A stretch of DNA of 63,952 bases, filler included, from Octopus bimaculoides (Eukaryota), in NCBI RefSeq assembly GCF_001194135.2. It is 9 parts of 9 records of this genome, joined end to end, with 100 filler letters (N's around TTAATTAATTAA, not from the genome) between each part and the next. Parts side by side here need not be neighbours in the genome. Positions count along the whole stretch, not along the records: positions 21,386 to 38,456 come from NC_068985.1; 8 more parts are not named here. One strand, 5' to 3'. Below are positions 23,819-34,018 of the stretch, in pieces. The position numbers were made by a program, and so were the translations under genes. Position 1 is the first letter of the stretch. The number at the start of each line of letters is the position of its first letter. Below the pieces are notes generated by a model. That model made no database searches and was not told the origin of the DNA. It was given only the letters and a program-made list of their open reading frames with translations.

Positions 23819-25339
23819 TCACCGATAGAATTGTTTCAGAATCGTTTGTTTATGTAGTCGGCACTTAATGTATATCGGCTGAATGAACGTCAGTGATTGG
23901 TTGAAATTACAGAAATACAACTTTAACATGGAATAACTTAGGGATTNNNNNNNNNNNNNNNNNNNNNNNNNNNNNNNNNNNNNNNNNNNNNNNNNNNNNN
24001 NNNNNNNNNNNNNNNNNNNNNNNNNNNNNNNNNNNNNNNNNNNNNNNNNNNNNNNNNNNNNNNNNNNNNNNNNNNNNNNNNNNNNNNNNNNNNNNNNNNN
24101 NNNNNNNNNNNNNNNNNNNNNNNNNNNNNNNNNNNNNNNNNNNNNNNNNNNNNNNNNNNNNNNNNNNNNNNNNNNNNNNNNNNNNNNNNNNNNNNNNNNN
24201 NNNNNNNNNNNNNNNNNNNNNNNNNNNNNNNNNNNNNNNNNNNNNNNNNNNNNNNNNNNNNNNNNNNNNNNNNNNNNNNNNNNNNNNNNNNNNNNNNNNN
24301 NNNNNNNNNNNNNNNNNNNNNNNNNNNNNNNNNNNNNNNNNNNNNNNNNNNNNNNNNNNNNNNNNNNNNNNNNNNNNNNNNNNNNNNNNNNNNNNNNNNN
24401 NNNNNNNNNNNNNNNNNNNNNNNNNNNNNNNNNNNNNNNNNNNNNNNNNNNNNNNNNNNNNNNNNNNNNNNNNNNNNNNNNNNNNNNNNNNNNNNNNNNN
24501 NNNNNNNNNNNNNNNNNNNNNNNNNNNNNNNNNNNNNNNNNNNNNNNNNNNNNNNNNNNNNNNNNNNNNNNNNNNNNNNNNNNNNNNNNNNNNNNNNNNN
24601 NNNNNNNNNNNNNNNNNNNNNNNNNNNNNNNNNNNNNNNNNNNNNNNNNNNNNNNNNNNNNNNNNNNNNNNNNNNNNNNNNNNNNNNNNNNNNNNNNNNN
24701 NNNNNNNNNNNNNNNNNNNNNNNNNNNNNNNNNNNNNNNNNNNNNNNNNNNNNNNNNNNNNNNNNNNNNNNNNNAAATCCCCTTCGGCTATCTTTCAGCT
24801 CAGAACGTCAAAGTACATAAGTAAATACCGTGACGTATTTTTGTCTTCAACTATATCGATCTTACCATACACCGCTTTGATTATAATGAATTTTTAATAT
24901 TGGTACATGACGAAAAGTTCGAGGAAACAGTTGCTAATATCGATCTCAATGCATGACAGGTACTCATTACATTGCTTTGGAGAGGTGAAAAACGGAAGGG
25001 GCAAAAACATGTATATTAATGCAAATCGTTAAAGATTTAGTAATGAAATTTAGTTGTAAATGTTCTTTAGAGAGAGATTGTGTGTATGTGTGTGTGTGTG
25101 TGTGTGTACGTATGTGTGTGTGCGTGTGTGTGATCACTTGATCAGCCAAAAATAAAGCCCAAATTTCCCTAAAATCATAGCCGACTATCTTTAAAAAAGA
25201 AAAAAGAAACGAGAAGGAGATGCTTATGCAGTTTGATGTTGCCTGTACATCAGCAGGATTCGAACTCGGAACATAGATAGGTACTTGGGTCGTAAATTAC
25301 TACCGCTGCTTAGAATTATCCGAATAAAATTTAAAATGG

Positions 25340-25356
25340 AAAAAAAAAAAAAAAAA
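25340..25356 (-). terminator. RNA polymerase III oligo-T terminator of 7SL
   Basis: 17 consecutive A on + (T17 on -) directly at the 7SL 3' end. Confidence 0.85.
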
Positions 25357-25651
25357 GATTGGTGTTCAGTTGTATCGAACAGGCTGCCAACCGACAACTA
25401 TTCACAGGCACGATCCCACTACTGCTCGACACGGGGCCTTTTGCCTGCTGCGTTTCCGCCCTGGGCCGAAGCGACCCTCCTTAGACAACCTGGTCCTGAT
25501 GAGCTCCCTCTCCAGCACCATATTGATGCCGAGCTTAGCGCGGACACCCGATCGCCATAGAAGACCGACTACCAGAACTCCCATCCTCAAACCGGCCAAC
25601 CAACCAAGCTTCCGAGTAGCTGGATTACAGGAGCACGCCACAACTCCCAGC
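25357..25651 (-). ncRNA. 7SL: SRP RNA (7SL), full length (~295 nt)
   Basis: Reverse complement reads GCTGGGAGTTGTGGCGTGCTCCTGTAATCCAGCTACTCGG (Alu domain) ... GATCGGGTGTCCGCGCTAAGCTCGGCATCAATATGGTG ... GGAG (helix 6 loop) ... GACCAGGTTGTCTAAGGAGGG ... CCCAGGGCGGAAACGCAGCAGG (helix 8) ... AGTAGTGGGATCGTGCCTGTGAATAG. This is colinear with metazoan 7SL along its whole length. Confidence 0.96.
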
Positions 25652-25677
25652 GATTATAAGGTGTAAAATTTAGATAC

Positions 25678-25683
25678 TTATAT
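25678..25683 (-). promoter_or_regulatory. TATA-like box at -32 to -27 of 7SL
   Basis: ATATAA on the minus strand at canonical spacing upstream of the +1 G (25651). The flank is AT-rich, so a chance match is possible. Confidence 0.5.
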
Positions 25684-26074
25684 CTAACTATCATGAAATT
25701 TAATTTAAATTCAAATGTAATTATATATTATTTTGAACTGAATTTATTTTTTAATTTATTTATGCATATACGATATAAATACGTATGAAAAAAGGATAAC
25801 TGTTTTATTTTTAAATATAGCGTTTTGTAAACAAATTCTTCCGAGAATACACGCCATTTTGTACCGCAAGGGACGTAACTCATATATTCACTCTAACAAA
25901 TTCAAATAAGAATAAGTTGAGGAGAGTTTACATTTATTGTCTCCTATATTCAGGGCAGTCTTAGCAGCATTATATGCCCTTGTGCAAGTCAATGCACTGA
26001 GGCCTATAGTATTTATTCACTGACAGCAAACCACCGCATACACAAATTAGAATTGGACTCCTACACTCTCTGGG

Positions 26075-26960
26075 GTATGCAGACGATATTGAGTATGGGA
26101 GTCCTGATAGTCGGTCTTCTACGATACCCTCGATCGACCAGCTCAGGGAAGCACTGACCATTTACAGGGGAAAATCAGCAAAGCTTGGCCTTCGGGTGAG
26201 TTGGGCGAAGACCAAACTGATGCATGTTGAACACCCTCTCCATACTCCCCTTCTCCATACTGGCCCCGACGTCGTCAGCTCCTTCGCCTACCTGAGCTCC
26301 ATAGTAACCAACACTGGAGATCTGATCCCGGAGATCAACCGCAGATGTGGTCTGGCCGCTGGGGTCATGCACTCTCTATGGAAGCTCCTTTGGTGCCACT
26401 GCTCTATCTCTCAGAATACAAGGCTCTGCATCTACAATGCACCAGTCCTCTCCATTCGCCTGTATGGAGCAGAAACGTGGCTCCTCTCGAAGATCCAGAC
26501 AAAGAGGATCGCTGGCTTTGATAGTAGAGCCCTGAGAACTATCTAGAACATCAGAAGGTACCATCATGTTTCCAACGAAGAACAGCACACGTGTACGCAT
26601 CAGCCGACAGCCTCCCACGGGAGTCCCACCTCATAGTTATCCGTCACCTGCGCTGGTATAGACATGTCCTCCGTCTCCCACTAGATCTTCCTACTAGGGC
26701 TTTACTGTCATTTAACGCAGCAGCTGCAGACTGGAAGAGGCCTTGTTTCAGTCCCCCACCCCAGGTGGCTGCACATGATTTGGGAAGATCTCCAGAGGCT
26801 TGACATTACCGTGGAGGATGCAGAGGAGCTGGCACAGGACCACCAGCAATGGAGAGCACTGATGGACCTGGTCAGCTCTATGCATGATGATACCTCTGGA
26901 CCACTAACCTGGAATGACCCCAGCCTCATCAAGCAAGCACATGAAACCAGACAAAAGTCA
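26075..26960 (+). mobile_element. RTE-clade LINE 3' fragment (5'-truncated near YADD), decayed
   Basis: YADDI..SIDQLREALTIY..KSAKLGLRVSWAKTKLM; FAYLSS; EINRRCGLA; LYGAETW; IAGFDSRALRTI; LRWYRHVLRLP; DLQRLDITVEDAEELAQDHQQWRALM. Confidence 0.88.
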
Positions 26961-27067
26961 GTTGCTATACTCATGGGGCCCAGCCAACTGCTTAGTGTGT
27001 CATGTCCCAAAATGACACCGCCTATGATGACATGTGTTCCAGGTCTGACTCTTCCATTCTTTATTCT

Positions 27068-27299
27068 TATTTCTTTATTGCCTACAAGGGGCTAAACATA
27101 GAGGGGACAAACAAGTACAGACAAACGGATTAAGTCGATTACATCGACCCCAGTGAGTAACTGGTACTTATTTAATCGACCCCGAAAGGATGAAAGGCAA
27201 AGTCGACCTTGGCGGAATTTGAACTCAGAACGTAACGGCAGACGAAATGCCGCTTAGCATTTCGCTGGGCGTGCTAACGTTTCTGCCAGTTCTCCGCCT
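27068..27299 (-). mobile_element. SINE family A, full length, with 15-bp TSD
   Basis: Near-identical to the reverse complement of 7368-7600; TCCATTCTTTATTCT at 27053-27067 and 27306-27320. Confidence 0.9.
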
Positions 27300-27512
27300 T
27301 TATTCTCCATTCTTTATTCTACACAGCAAGACTATGTTAACCAATATGTCCTTCCTTTTTCAAAACAGAAGGATGCGATCTGAGGTAGATTTGGTTGCTA
27401 ATTCTTAACAGATATAGTCTCTACACTCCCTCCTCATCGACAACATACAGTTAATTACTCACACACACACACACAGAAATTGTTACTAATTCTGGGCCCC
27501 ACTATTATGTTC

Positions 27513-27568
27513 TTAACTGATCAACAACTGTAGAAGAAGCTCCTGAGATGGTGCTGTTGTTGTTTCAC
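27513..27568 (-). CDS. Candidate terminal exon (GETTTAPSQELLLQLLIS*)
   Basis: Acceptor ATATTTGTAG; phase 1 matches the exon at 28228-28296. No homology recognised. Confidence 0.2.
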
Positions 27569-28227
27569 CTACAAATATTAGACTGTGCCCAAGAGTAGAC
27601 CACTTGACTGATATTGAGTCACAAATGTATTTCAACCTCTAATCCACACAGGATTTCTTTCCTTCTACCACCAATACAACACCCTCTCTTCTCAAAAAAG
27701 TAATCTGTTGCATACCACTGCATCACCCTCTCCCAAGCCTAGGACTAACCATTTTCCAGTTCCTTTGTCTACAGCTCAATTGTATTTATTTTATTGACCT
27801 TGAAAGGATGAAATGCAAAGTCGACCTCAGCACAATTTGAACTCAGAACAATGAGATACTGCTATGCATTTTGCCTGGTATGCTTATAATTCTGCCAACT
27901 CACTGCTCTTATATCTTCTAAAATATTCTTTGAACAATCACATCAAGGTTATTTCCTTGGTCTAAATCTTGATTAGTTTACTTCATAAAAGAAGTTAAGG
28001 GATCTTTTGCATAAACAGTAATACTTATTCAATATTATATTTCCTTAGCAATGATTTCAAACTGAATCTAAATGCAGAGTGAATAATCATTTATATCACT
28101 AGCATCATTTTTACATGTTTTTCCCTGGATATACAAAAATATGCAAATTGGGTCTCCCATAAGCTTTTAGTGCACTAAAAACTTTTTCCAAATATGTGCT
28201 GCTGAAATTGGGGTGTGCCTAACATAC

Positions 28228-28296
28228 CTGTGTCTTTTATGCCATCAAATATTGTACTTCTTTTCTGCACATTAAGCATAAGCGCTATCAAGTTGG
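28228..28296 (-). CDS. Candidate 69-nt exon (xNLIALMLNVQKRSTIFDGIKDT)
   Basis: ACTCTACAG acceptor and CAG|GTATGT donor; exactly one open frame (phase 1 to 1). Confidence 0.3.
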
Positions 28297-28775
28297 CTGT
28301 AGAGTTTTAAATTCTTTCCAGATAGAAATATTGTCCTTTTTTTTTTTAATTGGTTAGTCAAGAGGGTGGGGTGGGAGGGAAGCAATGCTTATGATGCTTT
28401 TCAGGACCTCCATGACAGGTGGAAAATAAGGGAGGCACTTATTCTCAAGGTGGAGACCTAACTGAATGCTCGCAGCAGATGGAATTTTACTGAAGGAACC
28501 AAATGAGCCAGGTTATAGCATTAAACCAGGTGACATATTAAAGCTACCATGAAAGTAAGCCAGGGTAGAATTCAAAATGAAAATATAAAGAGCTGGAACT
28601 AATAAACAAAACATTTCATTCGAAGTTCTTATCATTTTGCTGCTTCATCACCTAAACTGGTACTTTATTTATCAACCCCGGAAGAATGGAAGACAAAATC
28701 AACCTCTATAGAAATTGTATCACTCATGCTGCTTAACAGTGGCATGTTATTCATAATAAATAATGCTTTGGCATT

Positions 28776-29802
28776 TGTGATTTGAAGCCACAAAAATAAA
28801 GTTCTTACCTCAACTTGCGATTGGGTACTGCCAGCAGATAGTTCAGTTGTTAACGTGTTGTCATGACCTCTCTTCATCCCGTCTCGCCTTTATCATTCAC
28901 GGCATGAAAAAAGAGGGAAGCTTTTCTTCTCATGTAACATCTCTGCCCTGATCTAAATGTCATTGCTCCCCTGTTCTGTTCACATAATCATCCATCCGCC
29001 TGGAGGTGCAATGTTCCCTTTGAGATCTTCATAGGGTCACACGGCTACCTTTCCCCCCTCCCCTTCGTCATCACCCTTTGAATATCCAGGACGTGACATG
29101 GCGTTCCATCCATGGAGACATTATTTAGAGTACTGATCACAGTCACCCTGCCCCTTTTCCCACTGAAGAAGTGCCCTGTGCTCCGCTTTTTGAACATTTT
29201 TCAGCTTCTCCAGTAAACCTTGCAAGGCCCACCAACCTCCTAATCTTGCTCATGTAATCGTCTATCTGCTTGCCGATTTATCTCACTCTTCTGAACTTGC
29301 TGTAAGCTTTAAAAGCCCCCTCCGTGCATGTGTCCTTCAGCCGCTCTTCAATTTTTTCCGCTTTCTCTTGCACCTCATCCATTTCCAGGTAGACGTTCAG
29401 TGCACTGCCTTCTAAATGCAACTGCATAAGGTTAGCCACATCTTTTCCCTGAAGCTTCACCAGGAGCCTCACCTTCTTTATCCAGGCTACCACATCACCT
29501 TCCCCAGTGAACAGTCTCAATACATCACTACTGATTCTGATTTTTGTGGCCATGGCAAAAAAAAATAAAAAAAAAAGAACAAGAGCAACAGAAAAATATT
29601 AAAAAATCCACTTCTTGGACGTATCCTCACAGCTGGTAAGACTGTGCCAAAATAGCTTGTGATTTGAAGACATGAAAATAAAGTTCTTAACTCGACTTAC
29701 AATTGGGTACCGCCAGCAGATTGTTCAATTGTTAATACATTGTCACGACCCCTCTTCTTCATGTCTCGAGGGAAACTTTTCTTCTCACTCGCCATTGTGA
29801 CA
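28776..29802 (-). mobile_element. Small LTR element: two ~150-bp TG..CA direct repeats flanking a Gypsy-like gag remnant
   Basis: Repeats 28776-28939 and 29658-29802 share GTGATTTGAAG..AATAAAGTTCTTA..ATTGGGTAC.GCCAGCAGAT..GAGGGAA.CTTTTCTTCTCA; gag-like ORF 29278-29553 (LRLFTGEGDVVAWIKKVRL..LHLEGSALNVYLEM); no pol motifs seen. Confidence 0.7.
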
Positions 29803-30479
29803 TTATCTCCCCCCCCCCACTTCCAGTCTTCTTTCCACCACAACATTATATATTGTAGTACTTGACACTGTAAGAATTAGTCAGGTCCTCGTTGTCATTT
29901 CTTCTATATCAAGTAATCATGGATAGTGACAAACATTGCTGTACTATTATGTCCAGAGCCAACAAGTGAGTCTTTACGTGGTCACTCAAACTGCTAGAAA
30001 TTGCTGCAAAATTTCCCACGAATTACACCCTACCATCTTGAAAAGGGAGGGCCACATTAGATAATGTAGTCCTAGATATGCAATGCCTGAGAGATGTATG
30101 TTGTAATCATAGTGACAATTTATTAATTATTGGGAGCTGATCTGAAACTAAACAACAAAAAACTCTACTACAATTGATGTTGCTAGCCTTCAAATATATT
30201 AGTCATTTACCAGGTTTTTGTGCTGTCCTCCTCCTAGCAAGCTGAGAATCTTTGATCAGATTTTTATCCCTAGTTAAAGCTGTTTCACTTCAGGTATGCA
30301 ACTAATACCTTTGGAAAGGTCAAATGCATTACAGTTTCTCAATCACCATTTAATGTCCACTTCTTCATGCTTGCATGAGTCAAACGGAATTTGTTGAGGA
30401 AGATTTTCTATGACCAAACACGTTTTCCTGGGAAGTTTGGAAAGAGACGATCTTGTTTACATGATGCCCAAAGGTACAC

Positions 30480-31010
30480 ACACGGCACTTGTGCCCATGG
30501 CATGTGTAAGGACTTTCGAGCAAGATCGTTGCCAGTGCCCCTGGACTGGCTCTTGTGCGGGTGGCACGTAAAATACACCATTTTGAGCATGGTCGTTGCC
30601 AGTACCGCCTGACTGGCCTTCGTGTCGGTGGCATGTAAAAGCACCCACTACATTCTTGGAGTGGTTGGCGTTAGGAAGGGCATCCACCTGTAGAAACTCT
30701 GCCAAATCAGATTGGAGCCTGGTGAAGCCATCTGGTTTCACCAGTCCTCAGTCAAATTGTCCAACCCATGCTAGCATGGAAAGCGGACGTTGAATGATGA
30801 TGATGATATATATAATAAAAAGTACTGGTGATGGTGTTATGTAAAAAGCACTCAGTACACTCTGTAAAGTGGTTCGCATTAGTAAGGACATCCAGCTGTA
30901 GAAACCAAGCTAAAGCACACTAGAACCTGGTGCAGCTCCTGGCCTTGCCAGTTTTTGTCAAGCCATCCAACCCATGCTAGCATGGAAAATAGATGTTAAC
31001 TATTGATGAT
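30480..31010 (+). mobile_element. Two tandem copies of repeat family C (CCATGCTAGCATGG core, (GAT)n tail)
   Basis: GTGGTTGGCGTTAGGAAGGGCATCCA.CTGTAGAAAC..TCCAACCCATGCTAGCATGGAAA..GATGATGAT; further copies at 31775-31935 (+) and 37683-37960 (-). Confidence 0.8.
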
Positions 31011-31216
31011 AATATATAGTGTATCTTGTGTTTAGAAATGGATGTATGACTTCTGCTGCTAAGTTTGGAGCTTCCCGTAGACTACCATCACCCAGTCTGC
31101 CTCCAGTACAGTGGTTAAGTGACTACTATACTTAGTAATATTACTAGTGATGATATACAGAGCAAACGTAAGAGAAATTGCAATAAACACGAGTTTGCAT
31201 TATTAGTTCCTACATA

Positions 31217-31379
31217 GGCGTAGGAGTGGCTGTGTGGTAAGTAGCTTGCTTACCAACCACATGGTCCTGGGTTCAGTCCCACTGCGTGGCATCTTGGACA
31301 AGTGTCTTCTACTATAGCCTCGGGCCGACCAATGCCTTGTGAGTGGATTTGGTAGACGGAAACTGAAAGAAGCCTGTCG

Positions 31380-31410
<31 letters not shown>

Positions 31411-31604
31411 ATGTGTTTGTCCCCCCAACATCGCTTGACAACCGATGCTGGTGTGTTTATGTCCCTGTAACTTAGCGATTCGGCAAAAGAGACCCAAAGA
31501 ATAAGTACTAGGCTTCCAAAGAATAAGTCCTGGGGTCGATTTGCTCGACTAAAGGCAGTGCTCCAGCATGGCCACAGTCAAAAGACTGAAACAAGTAAAA
31601 GAGT
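31217..31604 (+). mobile_element. SINE family B, full length, with internal (TA)/(TG) microsatellite
   Basis: A-box-like TGGCTGTGTGG and B-box-like GGGTTCAGTCCC; 3' end GACTGAAACAAGTAAAAGAGTA. Confidence 0.88.
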
Positions 31605-32643
31605 ATATGTTTCACCATTGTGACTGTTTGGAACTCTGCATTGAATGTTCCGAGTGCAATTGGAGTTCTAAACAGCAACAATGGTGAAATTTATGCAGAA
31701 ACTAACAATATACATTCGTGTTTATTGTAATTTCACACACATACATACATATCTATCTATATATGTGTGTGTGGGGGTGCATAAAAGGCACCCAGCACAC
31801 TCTGTAAAGTGGTTGGCATTAGGAAGGGCATCCAACTGTAGAAACAATGCCACAACAAACAATTGGAGTCTGGACTGCTCCAGTCAAACCATCTAATCCA
31901 TGCTGGCATGGAAAACGATCATTAAACGATGATGTGATTACACACACACAATTGACTTCTTCCAGTTTCCATCTACTAAATCCACTTGCAAGGATTTTGT
32001 TTGTCCAGAGGAAATTATTCTCAAACCAGGGATCCAACCCAAATGCTTGAGTGACACTTTGCTAAAGTGCAACAAGCCAAAGTAGTCGTATCAAACTGAA
32101 CAATGCATTAATTTTGCCTCTTAAAGCAGGCTTCTCCATAATTTCTGCCTTCCATATTTCATAAACAAAGCTTTGGTTGAACCAAGGCTATGGTAGAAGA
32201 TACTTGCCCAATGTACTATGCAATGGGATTGAACCTAAAATTACATGATCTTCGTCAGCATACAGCCATGCCTGCATCTAAATCCCTTTGCTTTGAAGTT
32301 TTCAGGCTTTTGAGTCCTTTGATAATTGTGTTCTCATTCAACTTGATTCAAAACAGTGTAGTTACACGCTTAATCCTTTCAACATTGAAGTTACCCAAAT
32401 TAGGATTTTAATTATTTATTCAAATATACGACACCTAGCCTTGAGGACAATTTACATTTCAAACAGGAAAACACCTGGCAAACTATAAAGATATGAATGT
32501 TTTTCTTACTCCTAACATCTTTATTTGAATACATTGACATATTTTTAAAGTCATTAGTTTTATGGATTCTAAGCATTAAACTATTGTAGCTTCCCAGGCA
32601 GATATTTGCATCAGATAGAAATAGTTTAACTGCCAGTAGCTAT

Positions 32644-32911
32644 TGTGGTGTTTGGGCTGTGACGAGCTATGTGTTGTGGTGGAGAGGGGTGAGGCAAACA
32701 GAGGTGAAGCCAGACCGGAAGGGTCAGATCGGAAGTCGGCGACACGCGGTCGAAGGCTAGCATGTGGGGCCAGTGAGAAAACAGCGATGTTATGAGAAAG
32801 ACGTGTTCTGATTAGGAGCGATCGTGTACCCCGCTGCGGTCGGCAAGGTAAGGTCCAACGCTTCATTCTGTCCTTTTGCTTCTTGTTGTCTTCTTCCTCC
32901 ATCGCACCATA
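32644..32911. mobile_element. Solo LTR (268 bp) with 5-bp TSD
   Basis: Ends TGTGGTG...CACCATA; GCTAT at 32639-32643 and 32912-32916; GC-richer than the flanks. Confidence 0.75.
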
Positions 32912-33602
32912 GCTATAAAATCAGAAGGCAATGAATTAATAAGACTCATAAGGGCATCAGACAAAATGCCTGCAGTACTTAGTTATAATCTTTTACACTT
33001 GGTGTTGAAACTACAGTGAAGTTAACATTGTCCTTTCATTTTTCCAGGACTGATGAAATAAATTACTGGTTAACTATTGGTTGTTGATTTAATATTCCTG
33101 TAGCAGAAGCATGTTCATTCTTTACCTTTAGCTATCCATGTTGTGCCCCTTTACTTTTGGCCCATAACATGATGGTCAAGTCCATTTAGCTTTACACACA
33201 CTGTCCATCCCTTAACATGATAGACTAGCCAAGTGTCTCAACATCAGCTATTTAAAGGACCCTTATTTCCAGCTAATTCTTTAGGGAGGTGAGTTTGTTA
33301 CAAGCAAGTTTTGATCTTCAGCATGAAAGCAGTTTATACCAGTTTGTAGCTTCAGCGCGGAGAGATTTATAACCAGAATCTTTGACGCTATGCTTTGCAT
33401 TTTATCCAACATTTATCTTTAACTTAAAGAAACATTTTGAAACAATGTAATGTTTTTGACAGAGTTATACTTGTTGTGTATGTTGATGTATTTCACTTTA
33501 GTGTTGGAAATAAATGTTGCAGTGCAGTCAACTCTAACTTGACTTTGTATTTTCTTCCTGATATGCATCTGAACTCATGTTAATCAGAAGACATAATATT
33601 AC

Positions 33603-33676
33603 CAGGGATTTAGACACATTCCATTTATTTAACCACATCGCTAAATTACTATAAAACTTCTTAGATGTAAGTGGAA
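33603..33676 (-). CDS. Candidate exon D (VPLTSKKFYSNLAMWLNKWNVSKSL)
   Basis: Strong acceptor TTCTTCTTCTTTTATAG; donor CTG|GTAATA; open in phase 1 to 0. Confidence 0.4.
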
Positions 33677-33772
33677 CTATAAAAGAAGAAGAATATGACA
33701 CAAAATAGAAACTTTTGTAAAAATTTAATACTGAAAACAAAACAAAAAATTGTATCATTTATTTAAAAATAC

Positions 33773-33843
33773 CCCTTTTTTTTTCTTTAGCAGCTTGGTT
33801 GTTCTGAAGTTGAAACATCTCTTGTAGTTGGTGATTCTGTAAA
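33773..33843 (-). CDS. Candidate exon C (GLQNHQLQEMFQLQNNQAAKEKKR)
   Basis: Phase 2 to 1 bridges exons B and D exactly, but the splice sites are weak (AAATCAG; GGG|GTATTT). Confidence 0.25.
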
Positions 33844-33985
33844 CTGATTTGGTATGATAATATTTGTAAGGTTTTTTTTTTACTTACCTACCACCTCTTT
33901 CTCTCTAACTATGGTTTGTATCTATGGCATGTATCTTGCCTTTGGGTGTCTTTGGCAGAGTCCAGCCTGTTGCAAACATACTTAC

Positions 33986-34018
33986 CCCCATCCCAACTCA
34001 TCAAGGGTCTTCAAAGCC
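33986..34018 (-). CDS. Candidate 33-nt micro-exon B (LALKTLDELGWG)
   Basis: Acceptor TATGTCCCTTTTTCAG and donor GG|GTAAGT; exactly one open frame (phase 2 to 2). Confidence 0.45.

Noticed and set aside
25255-25280. B-box-like GGATTCGAAC and the SINE heads as tRNA genes
   Set aside because: No cloverleaf or acceptor stem; SINE-derived.
25285-25666. Three 79-98 aa ORFs over the GC-rich segment
   Set aside because: They overlap the 7SL RNA gene, which explains the composition.
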